Shown piece by piece: positions 56,555 to 64,000 of a DNA stretch of 64,000 nt. Each line of letters starts with the position of its first letter. The first letter of the stretch is position 1. The position numbers were made by a program, and so were the translations under genes. The notes under the pieces are model-generated. The model searched no databases, was not told where the DNA came from, and saw nothing but the letters and a program-made list of their open reading frames with translations. Source of the stretch: Candidatus Pyrohabitans jungbluthii. GTDB taxonomy: Archaea; Hydrothermarchaeota; Hydrothermarchaeia; Hydrothermarchaeales; BMS3B. Where the stretch lies: the NCBI GenBank assembly GCA_002010065.2, contig MTMD02000011.1, forward strand, positions 1 to 64,000, written 5' to 3'.

Positions 56555-58173
56555 GAATGGGAGAGGAGCTTGATAAAGTATATAATGTGGAGCTCAAGCC
56601 TGGCGCTGGCGAGAATTACGTTTGTCATCTCACAAAGCCAGAGTTCGCTGAGAAGATGGCCAACAAGATGCCCACCGAGCCCCTGCCAGACGACCAGATG
56701 GTGGAGGTAGCGTTAAAGCGCCTTGACCAGCTACGCAAGGAGAGGAAGAGCCTGCAGCTTTACCTTGACATATGCGTGCGCTGCGGTGCCTGCGTGAAGC
56801 AGTGCCACTACTTCCTTGGTACGGGTGACCCGAAAAATACGCCTGTGGGCAGGGCAGAACTCCTGCGCAAGGTTTACAGGGCGCACTTCACCATAAGCGG
56901 TAAGCTGTTTGGCTCGCTGGTGGGCGCCCAGAAGCTTACCCCTGAGGTTCTGAAGAACGAGTGGTACAAATACTTCTACCAGTGCTCAGAGTGCAGGCGC
57001 TGTTCAGTTTTCTGCCCCTACGGTATAGACCAGGCGGAAATAACGATGGCGGGCAGAGAGGTGCTGAACAGCGTGGGCCTAGCCACGAAATACATCACCC
57101 AGGTTATATCCCAGGTTTACAAGCACGGCAACAACCTTGGTATACCCGAGGCGGCGTTTAAGGCAAACTGTGAGTTCCTTGAGGAGGAGATTAAGGAGCT
57201 TACTGGAGTTGATGTGAAGATACCTGTGAACAAGGAGAAGGCGGAAATCCTCTACCTCCCTCCGAGCGCAGACCTCTTCACCAACACTGACACCATGATG
57301 GGCGTGGCCAAGGTGTTCCACGCCGTTGGTGCCGACTGGACAATGAGCACCTACGCCAGCGAGGCTGCCAACTTCGGTCTGTTCTTCAGCTACGACGATA
57401 TCAAGGCGATAAACCTGCGCGTTGTTGAGGTTGCGAAGAAGATAGGCGCTAAGCTGGTGATCTTCGGTGAGTGTGGCCACGCATGGCGTGCTGCGAGGCA
57501 GTACATGGAGGCGATGAATGGCCCGTTGCCCTTCAAGTTCATGAATATTCTGGAGTACACCGCAGAGATGATACGCCAGGGCAAGCTCAAGTTAGACAAA
57601 TCACGCAACGACGACGTTATCGTCACAATGCACGACCCATGCAACATGGCGAGAGCTGGTGACCTTGTGGAGGAGGGCAGATTCATAATTAAATCTGTGT
57701 GCAACAACTTCGTGGACATGGACCCCAATGCAATTAAGGAGAAGACCTTCTGCTGCGGTGGCGGCGGTGGCCTGCTCACAGAGGAGATAATGGAGCTCAG
57801 AATGAAGGGCGGCCTGCCGCGCGCAACGGCTGTGAAAGAGGTGGTCAAGTCGCACAACGTCAACTACCTCGCTGCTCCCTGCGCCATAGACAAGGCTCAG
57901 CTACCGCTGGTTATGGAGCATTATGAGATTCCAGTGCAGGTTGGCGGAATCCATGACCTGGTGGGCAAGGCGCTCATCCTTGAAGGTCAGGAAGAGTTCG
58001 AGGCAGAGCAGGCAGCAAAGGCAGAGGCTGAGGCAGCCGCTGCAGAGGGACCAAGCGTCTGCGGTCTGTGCGACGCGGAGTTCGCTACCATGGAAGAGTG
58101 CTGCGAGCACGCGGAGAAGGAGCACAAGATTTCAAAGGCGCAGTGCGACATGGCATGTGAGCCGAAAAAATGA
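56551..58173 (+). CDS. dsrK: DsrK/HmeD Fe-S (HdrD-like) subunit with C-terminal C2H2-finger extension
   Basis: CVRCGACVKQCH, YQCSECRRCSVFCPYGID, GECGH, HDPCN, FCCGGGGG, CAID. Confidence 0.9.
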   Translation: MRMGEELDKVYNVELKPGAGENYVCHLTKPEFAEKMANKMPTEPLPDDQMVEVALKRLDQLRKERKSLQLYLDICVRCGACVKQCHYFLGTGDPKNTPVGRAELLRKVYRAHFTISGKLFGSLVGAQKLTPEVLKNEWYKYFYQCSECRRCSVFCPYGIDQAEITMAGREVLNSVGLATKYITQVISQVYKHGNNLGIPEAAFKANCEFLEEEIKELTGVDVKIPVNKEKAEILYLPPSADLFTNTDTMMGVAKVFHAVGADWTMSTYASEAANFGLFFSYDDIKAINLRVVEVAKKIGAKLVIFGECGHAWRAARQYMEAMNGPLPFKFMNILEYTAEMIRQGKLKLDKSRNDDVIVTMHDPCNMARAGDLVEEGRFIIKSVCNNFVDMDPNAIKEKTFCCGGGGGLLTEEIMELRMKGGLPRATAVKEVVKSHNVNYLAAPCAIDKAQLPLVMEHYEIPVQVGGIHDLVGKALILEGQEEFEAEQAAKAEAEAAAAEGPSVCGLCDAEFATMEECCEHAEKEHKISKAQCDMACEPKK

Positions 58174-58532
58174 AAGAGATTAGCGAAGCAACCTGGTTCA
58201 CAGAGGTGACCTGTTCAAGTACACCCGTGGCGGTGCACTTCTACGCGGAGTGGTCGCCAGCGTGCAGGGACATAGAATGTCTGCTCGAGGAGTACGAGCA
58301 GCGTTTCGCGGGCAAGCTCAAGTTCGTGAAGATAGACATCGACGCGAATGAGGCGGTGCGTATTGCTAACAGGATAATTGCACCGCCCACCTTAATAATT
58401 TACTACAAAGGCATACCTGTGAACGGCGTACCCGGACCGCAGCCAAGATGGGTGTACGAGAACAGGATCCTTCGCGCTATTAGACTTTACGAGAGAAGGC
58501 TGAAAAATAAGATGGCAAACAGGAGGAGGTAA
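58170..58532 (+). CDS. Thioredoxin-fold protein with SxxC motif
   Basis: VAVHFYAEWSPAC, FVKIDID, PTLI.Y.G. Confidence 0.8.
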   Translation: MKEISEATWFTEVTCSSTPVAVHFYAEWSPACRDIECLLEEYEQRFAGKLKFVKIDIDANEAVRIANRIIAPPTLIIYYKGIPVNGVPGPQPRWVYENRILRAIRLYERRLKNKMANRRR

Positions 58533-58534
58533 AC

Positions 58535-59071
58535 ATGAAAAAGGTGTTGATATTCATTGCGATGCTGGGCATCCTTCTGCTCAGCGGATGTGTGGCACCA
58601 CCGGAGAAGCCTGTTAAGGATACGTCGCTGAAGGAGCATCCCTCGCCTAAGGTGGACATGGTATACTGGAAGGCGAACCACGGCAACGAGATCGCCAGCG
58701 GCAAGGCGAGCGAGGAGAACTGCAAGAACTGCCACCAGCCAGATAAGTTCTGCAACAAATGCCACGCCTACGTGGGAGTTAAGCTGATAGAGGGCGGCGC
58801 TCCCGCCGCTGCAGCACCTGCGCAGGAGGAGGTGGCTGAGGAGAAAGCGACTGAAGCCAAAGAGGAGGCAGGTGAAACAAAGGCAGCAGCGCTCCACGGC
58901 GAGGGCAAGTGCGATATGTGCCACGACGCTCCTACCTTAGCTGACATGCGCACAGGCTTGCACAAGCAGGCGTTTGAGAAGTTCGACGGGCACAAGAACT
59001 TCTGCAGTGAGTGTCACGATATCCAGACGACCTGCACCAAGTGCCACGAGCTTCCTGCAATAATGCAGTGA
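58535..59071 (+). CDS. Pentaheme c-type cytochrome lipoprotein (partly DsrJ-like)
   Basis: Lipobox LLSGC; five CxxCH motifs (CKNCH, CNKCH, CDMCH, CSECH, CTKCH); Ala/Glu linker. Confidence 0.85.
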   Translation: MKKVLIFIAMLGILLLSGCVAPPEKPVKDTSLKEHPSPKVDMVYWKANHGNEIASGKASEENCKNCHQPDKFCNKCHAYVGVKLIEGGAPAAAAPAQEEVAEEKATEAKEEAGETKAAALHGEGKCDMCHDAPTLADMRTGLHKQAFEKFDGHKNFCSECHDIQTTCTKCHELPAIMQ

Positions 59072-59227
59072 AGTTCTTTCCCCTCTCTTCTTCTTTTTTG
59101 GTTTAGTTTTAATCTATTAAAGAGATGCTTTTTCGGATAATTTCACTTTAGAGACTCTAGGTCTCCAATGTCGTAACGGAGGGAGATGTTCTACAGCTTT
59201 AGCTGGTTACTATCTTCGTATAATACA

Positions 59228-60343
59228 TTACACCCTCAAATTCTCCTTATACTCAAGCAGCTTCTCCCCAAATATCAGCGTTACAATTGCCGTAAGGGCA
59301 AGGAGCGCAAAACCCGGGAGCACCTCCCTTAAGGGAACCGCTGGATTCGAGGCGAGCTTTGCAATAAGGTTTACTGGTGAAATTTCGTAAAGCGTATTTT
59401 TAAGGGAAACGGGGGCGAAAAAAGCGAGGGAGGCGACTATCAGCAACACCGTAACCCCGACGTTGGCATCCTTTATGCTGTCTGAGAGCGCGGAGAGAGC
59501 AACACCCAAGGCAATAAAGAGGATGTCAAGGAGGGCGAGCAGGAGTAAGAGCAGGGGGAGGTTGTACACGGGAATCCCTCTGAAAATAAGTAGCAGCGCC
59601 CAGAGCAGAGCCTGCACAAGGGCGATGCCAGCGATGGGCAGGGCTTTGCCCAGGATTATCTCGCGATAGCTCAGGGGCGCAACCACCAGCAGCTCGTAGG
59701 TTCTGCGCTCCTTCTCGCCCACAATCGCGTCGGTGGTCATGTTGGTTGCGAGAAAGGTGGGGAGAAGGAGAATAAAGGGCACAAGCAAGCCGTACATGAG
59801 TTCAACAAATTCCGCTGGTCTCTGAGATGGGCTGCCTACAATCTCAAGCTTAATTGGGTTAAGAATCGCCTCCGGAGAGCCCGCAAGCTTTGCCGCAGTC
59901 TCCCGCCTGAGGTTCTCCTCTAGCTTAACAATCGCCCTCGTTACAATTGCGTCTGCATAGCCAGATAATACGTTGGTGTTGTCTATGTAGAGCGTCAGCT
60001 CAGCTTTGCCCTGAGCTATTGCCGCGCTCAGATTCGCTGGTGCTACAAGCACAGCCACAAGGCGCTTTGTCTTCAACGCGCGCCAGTAATCTTCGTCCTC
60101 GCTGAGGCTCACAATTCTGAGGTTTTCAAGCTCCAGAAGCGACGCATCGCCCGCTATACCGAGGCTCACCTGCTGGGGTGGCACATACCTTTGCATCACC
60201 TCTGGGTTTGCGATTGATGTGTAGAGCAGAGCCACGAAGGTTACGCTCACAACAATAAAAAGCTGCACCACGAAGGCGAGGAGGTAGAGCCTCTCATTGA
60301 GAATGTCCTCAAGCTCCTTTCTTGCTAGGGCGAGGAGCCTCAC
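59228..60343 (-). CDS. ABC-2 type exporter permease (NatB-like)
   Basis: LARKEL, AIVGEKERRTYELL..PL...EIILGK. Confidence 0.85.
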   Translation of the reverse strand: MRLLALARKELEDILNERLYLLAFVVQLFIVVSVTFVALLYTSIANPEVMQRYVPPQQVSLGIAGDASLLELENLRIVSLSEDEDYWRALKTKRLVAVLVAPANLSAAIAQGKAELTLYIDNTNVLSGYADAIVTRAIVKLEENLRRETAAKLAGSPEAILNPIKLEIVGSPSQRPAEFVELMYGLLVPFILLLPTFLATNMTTDAIVGEKERRTYELLVVAPLSYREIILGKALPIAGIALVQALLWALLLIFRGIPVYNLPLLLLLLALLDILFIALGVALSALSDSIKDANVGVTVLLIVASLAFFAPVSLKNTLYEISPVNLIAKLASNPAVPLREVLPGFALLALTAIVTLIFGEKLLEYKENLRV

Positions 60344-62034
60344 AGCACCACCCCCGCAATTGCGATGTTGAAGAGGGCGTGAGCTGCTACAGCGAGGGTA
60401 AACAACGCAATGCCTACCCTTCCTCTGTGGTAGAGCCCCACGCCGGCTATAGAGCTTGCTGCGAGGTGCATTACAAGCGTTGTGGCAACCCTCTGGTAGA
60501 GCAGCGATGTGAAGGGTATTCTGAAGAGCATGCTGGCGAGCACGCCAGCTAGTAAAGTTTCCACGAGGAAGAATCCAGCTCCCGCTGTAGCTGCAATCAG
60601 CGCGATGCTCCTTATATTAACCCATTCCCGCTTTCTCCTGAGAATTAAAAATATAGGGAGCAGTTTTAGGCTCTCCTCGACTGCGGTGGAGATGAAAATC
60701 AGAAGATAGAGGCTTGGCAGAGAGTATCCAAGCAGCCAGATTAAACCCACTGCCACAGCCACTTCTATTGCCGCGGATGCCAAAAATACAGCCGGAGACA
60801 GGAGCAACGCAGTAGCTATGCCAGCTATGCGCGGGTGTTTATAGGCAAGCATCGCCTCTATGGCGTCTTCGAGGAGTTTTATCACGCTCGGTCTGGGTCC
60901 GAATATTACATCGTCACGATAGCTCAGTCTGGCGGCTACGCCAACGACGCTCAGAGCCGCTACGCTAAGCACACTGAGCAAAAGGGCAAAGGCACTGTTT
61001 GAGAATGTCTCACCCGAAACGGCCCGCGAGAGCAGGTTGAAGGGCACATAGGAGAAAAACTCCCTCGGGGAGAAGAACTCTATGGTAAGCGCATATATTA
61101 AGGCTACAAAGAGAGGAACGTAGAAAACCATTAGAGCTATGTTTGCCTCCTTGAGGTTTCGTGAGTATAAAGCGAGGGCGGTGGCGATGGCGATTACAAG
61201 AGCGTTAAGCGCGGCGAGCAGCAGAAAGGCTTCCACAGGCTTTGCAATAGGGATACCGATTGCTATAATGCCGACTATCCACACAGCACATTCTGCGGTG
61301 ACAAAGCTCCAGAGGGAGAGAAACTTCCCAGCGATAATCTCGTACCTGTGGAAGGGCGCTGCAATGAGCGCTTCTATTGTCTTGCGATCCTTCTCACCCA
61401 CTATCGCATCTATAACCAGCCCGCCGGACATGAAGAGGGGGAAGAAGAGCACTAAGGGCACGAGGTAGGCGAGGAAGAAGCTGGAAAACTGCTCACCTCC
61501 ACGCTGCACCACCACTGGCTTGAGAAACTCCCTTTTGAGAGTAACTAAATTTCCCAAGTTTGCTCTCAACCTCTCCTGCCTCTCTCTTGAAAGTTCTGCG
61601 CTTGCCGCCTCAACACTCTCCCTCACCGCATCAAGAGCACTGGAGCTTTTCACTCTATCTGAGAGGAAGAGCCAGACCTCTTGCGCTGAGAGTTCGCTCT
61701 CCCTGTAATTTCGCGGAATTAGAAGGTAACCTGCAATTAACCCCTTGCTCAGCTCTTCATCAGGTGGCTTAGCGTATCGGTAAAGCTTCAGCCTCTCATT
61801 CCTCTCCAGAGATGCGAGAAGCACCTCGCAGTCGTCGCTCTCCACCACCACGCCAAGGGGAATAAACTCGCGCAGGGATGGTGTGGGAAGGGCGAGGTTA
61901 CCCTCGGCGAAGAGATTTCCAAAGGCGGGAAGCAGCGCGAGAAGAAGCAGCGTCTGAGCAATGAAGGCGATCATAAATTTTCTGTTGCTCAGTATCTCCC
62001 ACAGCTCCCGTTTTGCGATTGCGAGGACTCTCAA
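60340..62034 (-). CDS. ABC-2 permease fused to a PrsW-family intramembrane protease
   Basis: GEKDRKTIEAL.AP permease motif; C-terminal VEESLK, GAGF..VE, MH, AH.LFN PrsW motifs. Confidence 0.8.
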   Translation of the reverse strand: MRVLAIAKRELWEILSNRKFMIAFIAQTLLLLALLPAFGNLFAEGNLALPTPSLREFIPLGVVVESDDCEVLLASLERNERLKLYRYAKPPDEELSKGLIAGYLLIPRNYRESELSAQEVWLFLSDRVKSSSALDAVRESVEAASAELSRERQERLRANLGNLVTLKREFLKPVVVQRGGEQFSSFFLAYLVPLVLFFPLFMSGGLVIDAIVGEKDRKTIEALIAAPFHRYEIIAGKFLSLWSFVTAECAVWIVGIIAIGIPIAKPVEAFLLLAALNALVIAIATALALYSRNLKEANIALMVFYVPLFVALIYALTIEFFSPREFFSYVPFNLLSRAVSGETFSNSAFALLLSVLSVAALSVVGVAARLSYRDDVIFGPRPSVIKLLEDAIEAMLAYKHPRIAGIATALLLSPAVFLASAAIEVAVAVGLIWLLGYSLPSLYLLIFISTAVEESLKLLPIFLILRRKREWVNIRSIALIAATAGAGFFLVETLLAGVLASMLFRIPFTSLLYQRVATTLVMHLAASSIAGVGLYHRGRVGIALFTLAVAAHALFNIAIAGVVL

Positions 62035-62786
62035 CTCACAACCCCTCTTGTATACTTCAGGAAGACATCCTCAAGGGTTGGAGACTCATATCCCTCTTTT
62101 TTGAGTTCTGCCTTAAGCTTCTCAGGCTCACCCAAAGCTACAAGCTCGCCCCGCTGGAGTATCCCCAGCCTGTTGCACAGCTGCTCCGCCTCGGGCATGT
62201 AGTGGGTGCACAGCAACACAGTCTTCCTCCCGCGCAGGGAGGCGATGAACTCCCGTATCTCCCTCGCGGTTAGAGGGTCAAGCCCCATGGTGGGCTCGTC
62301 CAGAATAAGTATCTCCGGGTCGTGGAGAAGGGCGCGCGCTATTGCGATGCGCTGCCTCATACCCTTAGAAAAGGTGGCTATCCTCACGTCGGCTTTGTCC
62401 TGCATACCCACCATGGCGAGGAGCTCCTCTATCCTTGCCTCTGCATCCTCAACGCCGTAAAGCGAGGCAAAGAAGCGCAAAAGCTGCTTTGGGGTCATGC
62501 GTTCATAGAGGTTTGGCTCTTCTGGTAAGTAGCCGATGAGGCGCTTCACTTCAAGACTACGCTTTCCAACCTCCATGCCCGCGACGAGCACCCTTCCTGA
62601 GCTTGGTCTGAGGGCTCCGCATAGAATGCGAATCGCAGTGGTCTTGCCGGCACCGTTCGGTCCAACCAAACCAAAAATCTCCCCCTTCGCGATACTCAGT
62701 GTGAGCTCTCTAAGTGCCGTTAGGCTGCCAAACCTCTTTGTCACGCGCTCAAACTCGATCATCGCCTTTTTTTTCAAAGCTAACAA
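62031..62786 (-). CDS. ABC transporter ATP-binding protein
   Basis: GPNGAGKTT, FSKGMRQR, LILDEPT, THYM; the real start is probably 62762. Confidence 0.93.
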   Translation of the reverse strand: MLALKKKAMIEFERVTKRFGSLTALRELTLSIAKGEIFGLVGPNGAGKTTAIRILCGALRPSSGRVLVAGMEVGKRSLEVKRLIGYLPEEPNLYERMTPKQLLRFFASLYGVEDAEARIEELLAMVGMQDKADVRIATFSKGMRQRIAIARALLHDPEILILDEPTMGLDPLTAREIREFIASLRGRKTVLLCTHYMPEAEQLCNRLGILQRGELVALGEPEKLKAELKKEGYESPTLEDVFLKYTRGVVS

Positions 62787-64000
62787 CTATAACCTCCCCT
62801 TTCTTCTAAGCTGCCTTTCGTATATTTCTCTCAGAGTGCTCAGGGTATCAACCTCCTCCACACCCTTATCGCGGCGAAGGCGCTTAACGCGGGCAAATCG
62901 CAGCGCGAAGCCACTCTCATAGCGCGGAGAGCGCTGCACCTCATCGAAGGCTACCTCTACCACAAGCGTGGGGGTAACCCTAACCACGTTGCCCTCCTGG
63001 GCAATCTTATGCTTGAGAAGCTCTCGGGTTATCTCCTCCAGCATGGCTTCGCTCAAACCTTTAAAGGTCTTCCCAACCATCACAAAGCGCTCAGTAGCGT
63101 CGTCGCGTACCGCTAAATGAAGGTTGCTAAGCCAACCTCGCCGCTTACCGTGCCCCCACTCCGCGGCGATAACAGCGAGATCAAGGGTTACGAAGGGCTT
63201 TACCTTGAGCCACGCGCGGCTGCGCTTCCCTGGCTCATACTCTGCATCCAGCTTCTTCACCACGACGCCTTCATGACCCTCACTAAGGGCCTCTTCGTAG
63301 AATCGCTTGGCTTCAGCTACATCGTCGCTCACCACTTGCCTTGAGGCGAGAATTTCTCTACTGGCTATTTCCTCCAGCTTCGCCCACCTCTCCTTGTAAG
63401 CAATGTTGAGCAGGTCTGTGCCATTGATGTGCAGGATGTCAAAAAGGAAGAGCCTGAGCGCTGGCTTGACTTCTTTATCCATGGCAAAGGCACGCATGAT
63501 GTCCTGAAAGGGTAGAGGTTTTCCATCTCTATCAAGCGCTATAACCTCGCCCTCCACCACAAGCTGCTCCGCTTCAAGCTGCGCTATGGTGCTCCTAACC
63601 TCCTCCAGGCTTAGCTCGCGCAGCCTTCGCGAGAATATTTTCACCTTATTGCGACGCTTGTGAATCTGCACCCTCGCTCCGTCGTATTTATACTCCAGTG
63701 CCACCTCGCCTTGTAAGGCTTCTTCGATGCTTGCCGCAGACTCCGCGAGCATGGGCTTAATTGGAGTAAAAAGCCTTATCTTTGCCTCGGGCAGCCTGCC
63801 TTTGCGAGCAAGCATGTCTGCAACTTCGCTCAGGTCGCTGAGCAGCGCATGGGCGAGGCGCACATTCTCCGGCTTTGCTCTGAATGCCCTCGCTATAGCT
63901 TCCACCATTAAACCCTCGTTTACGCCAGTTCGCATCTCCCCGAGAATGCTCCTCGCAAGGTATCTCACCTCCCTATCGCTAGCTCTTGAAAAGAGCCCCA
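62787..64000 (-). CDS. lig: ATP-dependent DNA ligase (5' part outside the window)
   Basis: PMLA, EYKYDGARVQIH, FDIL, EGVVVK, WLKVK, ALRF.R..R.DK; the frame stays open to the window edge. Confidence 0.93.
   Translation of the reverse strand, partial: GLFSRASDREVRYLARSILGEMRTGVNEGLMVEAIARAFRAKPENVRLAHALLSDLSEVADMLARKGRLPEAKIRLFTPIKPMLAESAASIEEALQGEVALEYKYDGARVQIHKRRNKVKIFSRRLRELSLEEVRSTIAQLEAEQLVVEGEVIALDRDGKPLPFQDIMRAFAMDKEVKPALRLFLFDILHINGTDLLNIAYKERWAKLEEIASREILASRQVVSDDVAEAKRFYEEALSEGHEGVVVKKLDAEYEPGKRSRAWLKVKPFVTLDLAVIAAEWGHGKRRGWLSNLHLAVRDDATERFVMVGKTFKGLSEAMLEEITRELLKHKIAQEGNVVRVTPTLVVEVAFDEVQRSPRYESGFALRFARVKRLRRDKGVEEVDTLSTLREIYERQLRRKGRL

Noticed and set aside
57870-57895. CAID instead of CxxC at the end of the DsrK CCG domain
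   Set aside because: As I recall, Asp at this position occurs in other DsrK proteins, so it is not treated as novel.

Overview
Archaeal chromosomal window from a euryarchaeal-type anaerobe. The mix of Ftr, Mer-like F420 enzymes, DsrMK, TiaS, GatCAB and moderately high GC fits Hydrothermarchaeota or a relative; this is inference only. Positions 0.9-16.8 kb hold the large ribosomal protein superoperon (uL3 to uL15, secY, adk, eL34, cmk, eL14, cbf5), followed by tRNA-Ser. Next is a gluconeogenic cluster with a bacterial-type GAPDH and a PyrD-like/PyrK pair whose PyrD active site is remodelled. It is followed by mqnD with two luciferase-like oxidoreductases, a small AT-rich island beside tRNA-Arg, ftr, tiaS, a LipS1/Lpl/GcvH-like/LipS2 lipoylation cassette and rps3ae. 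A globin-PAS / GAF-PAS histidine kinase / receiver / pilus-ATPase cassette is bracketed by two paralogous membrane proteins. The rest holds gatCAB, thiC, SelB-like, KaiC-like and UPF0182 genes, two divergent DsrEFH-like trios, dsrMK with a thioredoxin-like and a pentaheme cytochrome gene, an ABC-2 exporter with a PrsW fusion, and a partial DNA ligase. The most notable signals are four. (1) A shared 'ELERW' coiled-coil helix links three proteins of the globin-sensor cassette. (2) A 42-bp hairpin repeat family forms two distant clusters and shows a compensatory stem change. (3) The PyrD paralog lacks the catalytic Cys. (4) The Dsr locus is unusual, with doubled DsrEFH-like trios, a C2H2-finger tail on DsrK, an SxxC thioredoxin and a 5-heme lipoprotein. 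All calls come from reading the sequence; no database searches were run.
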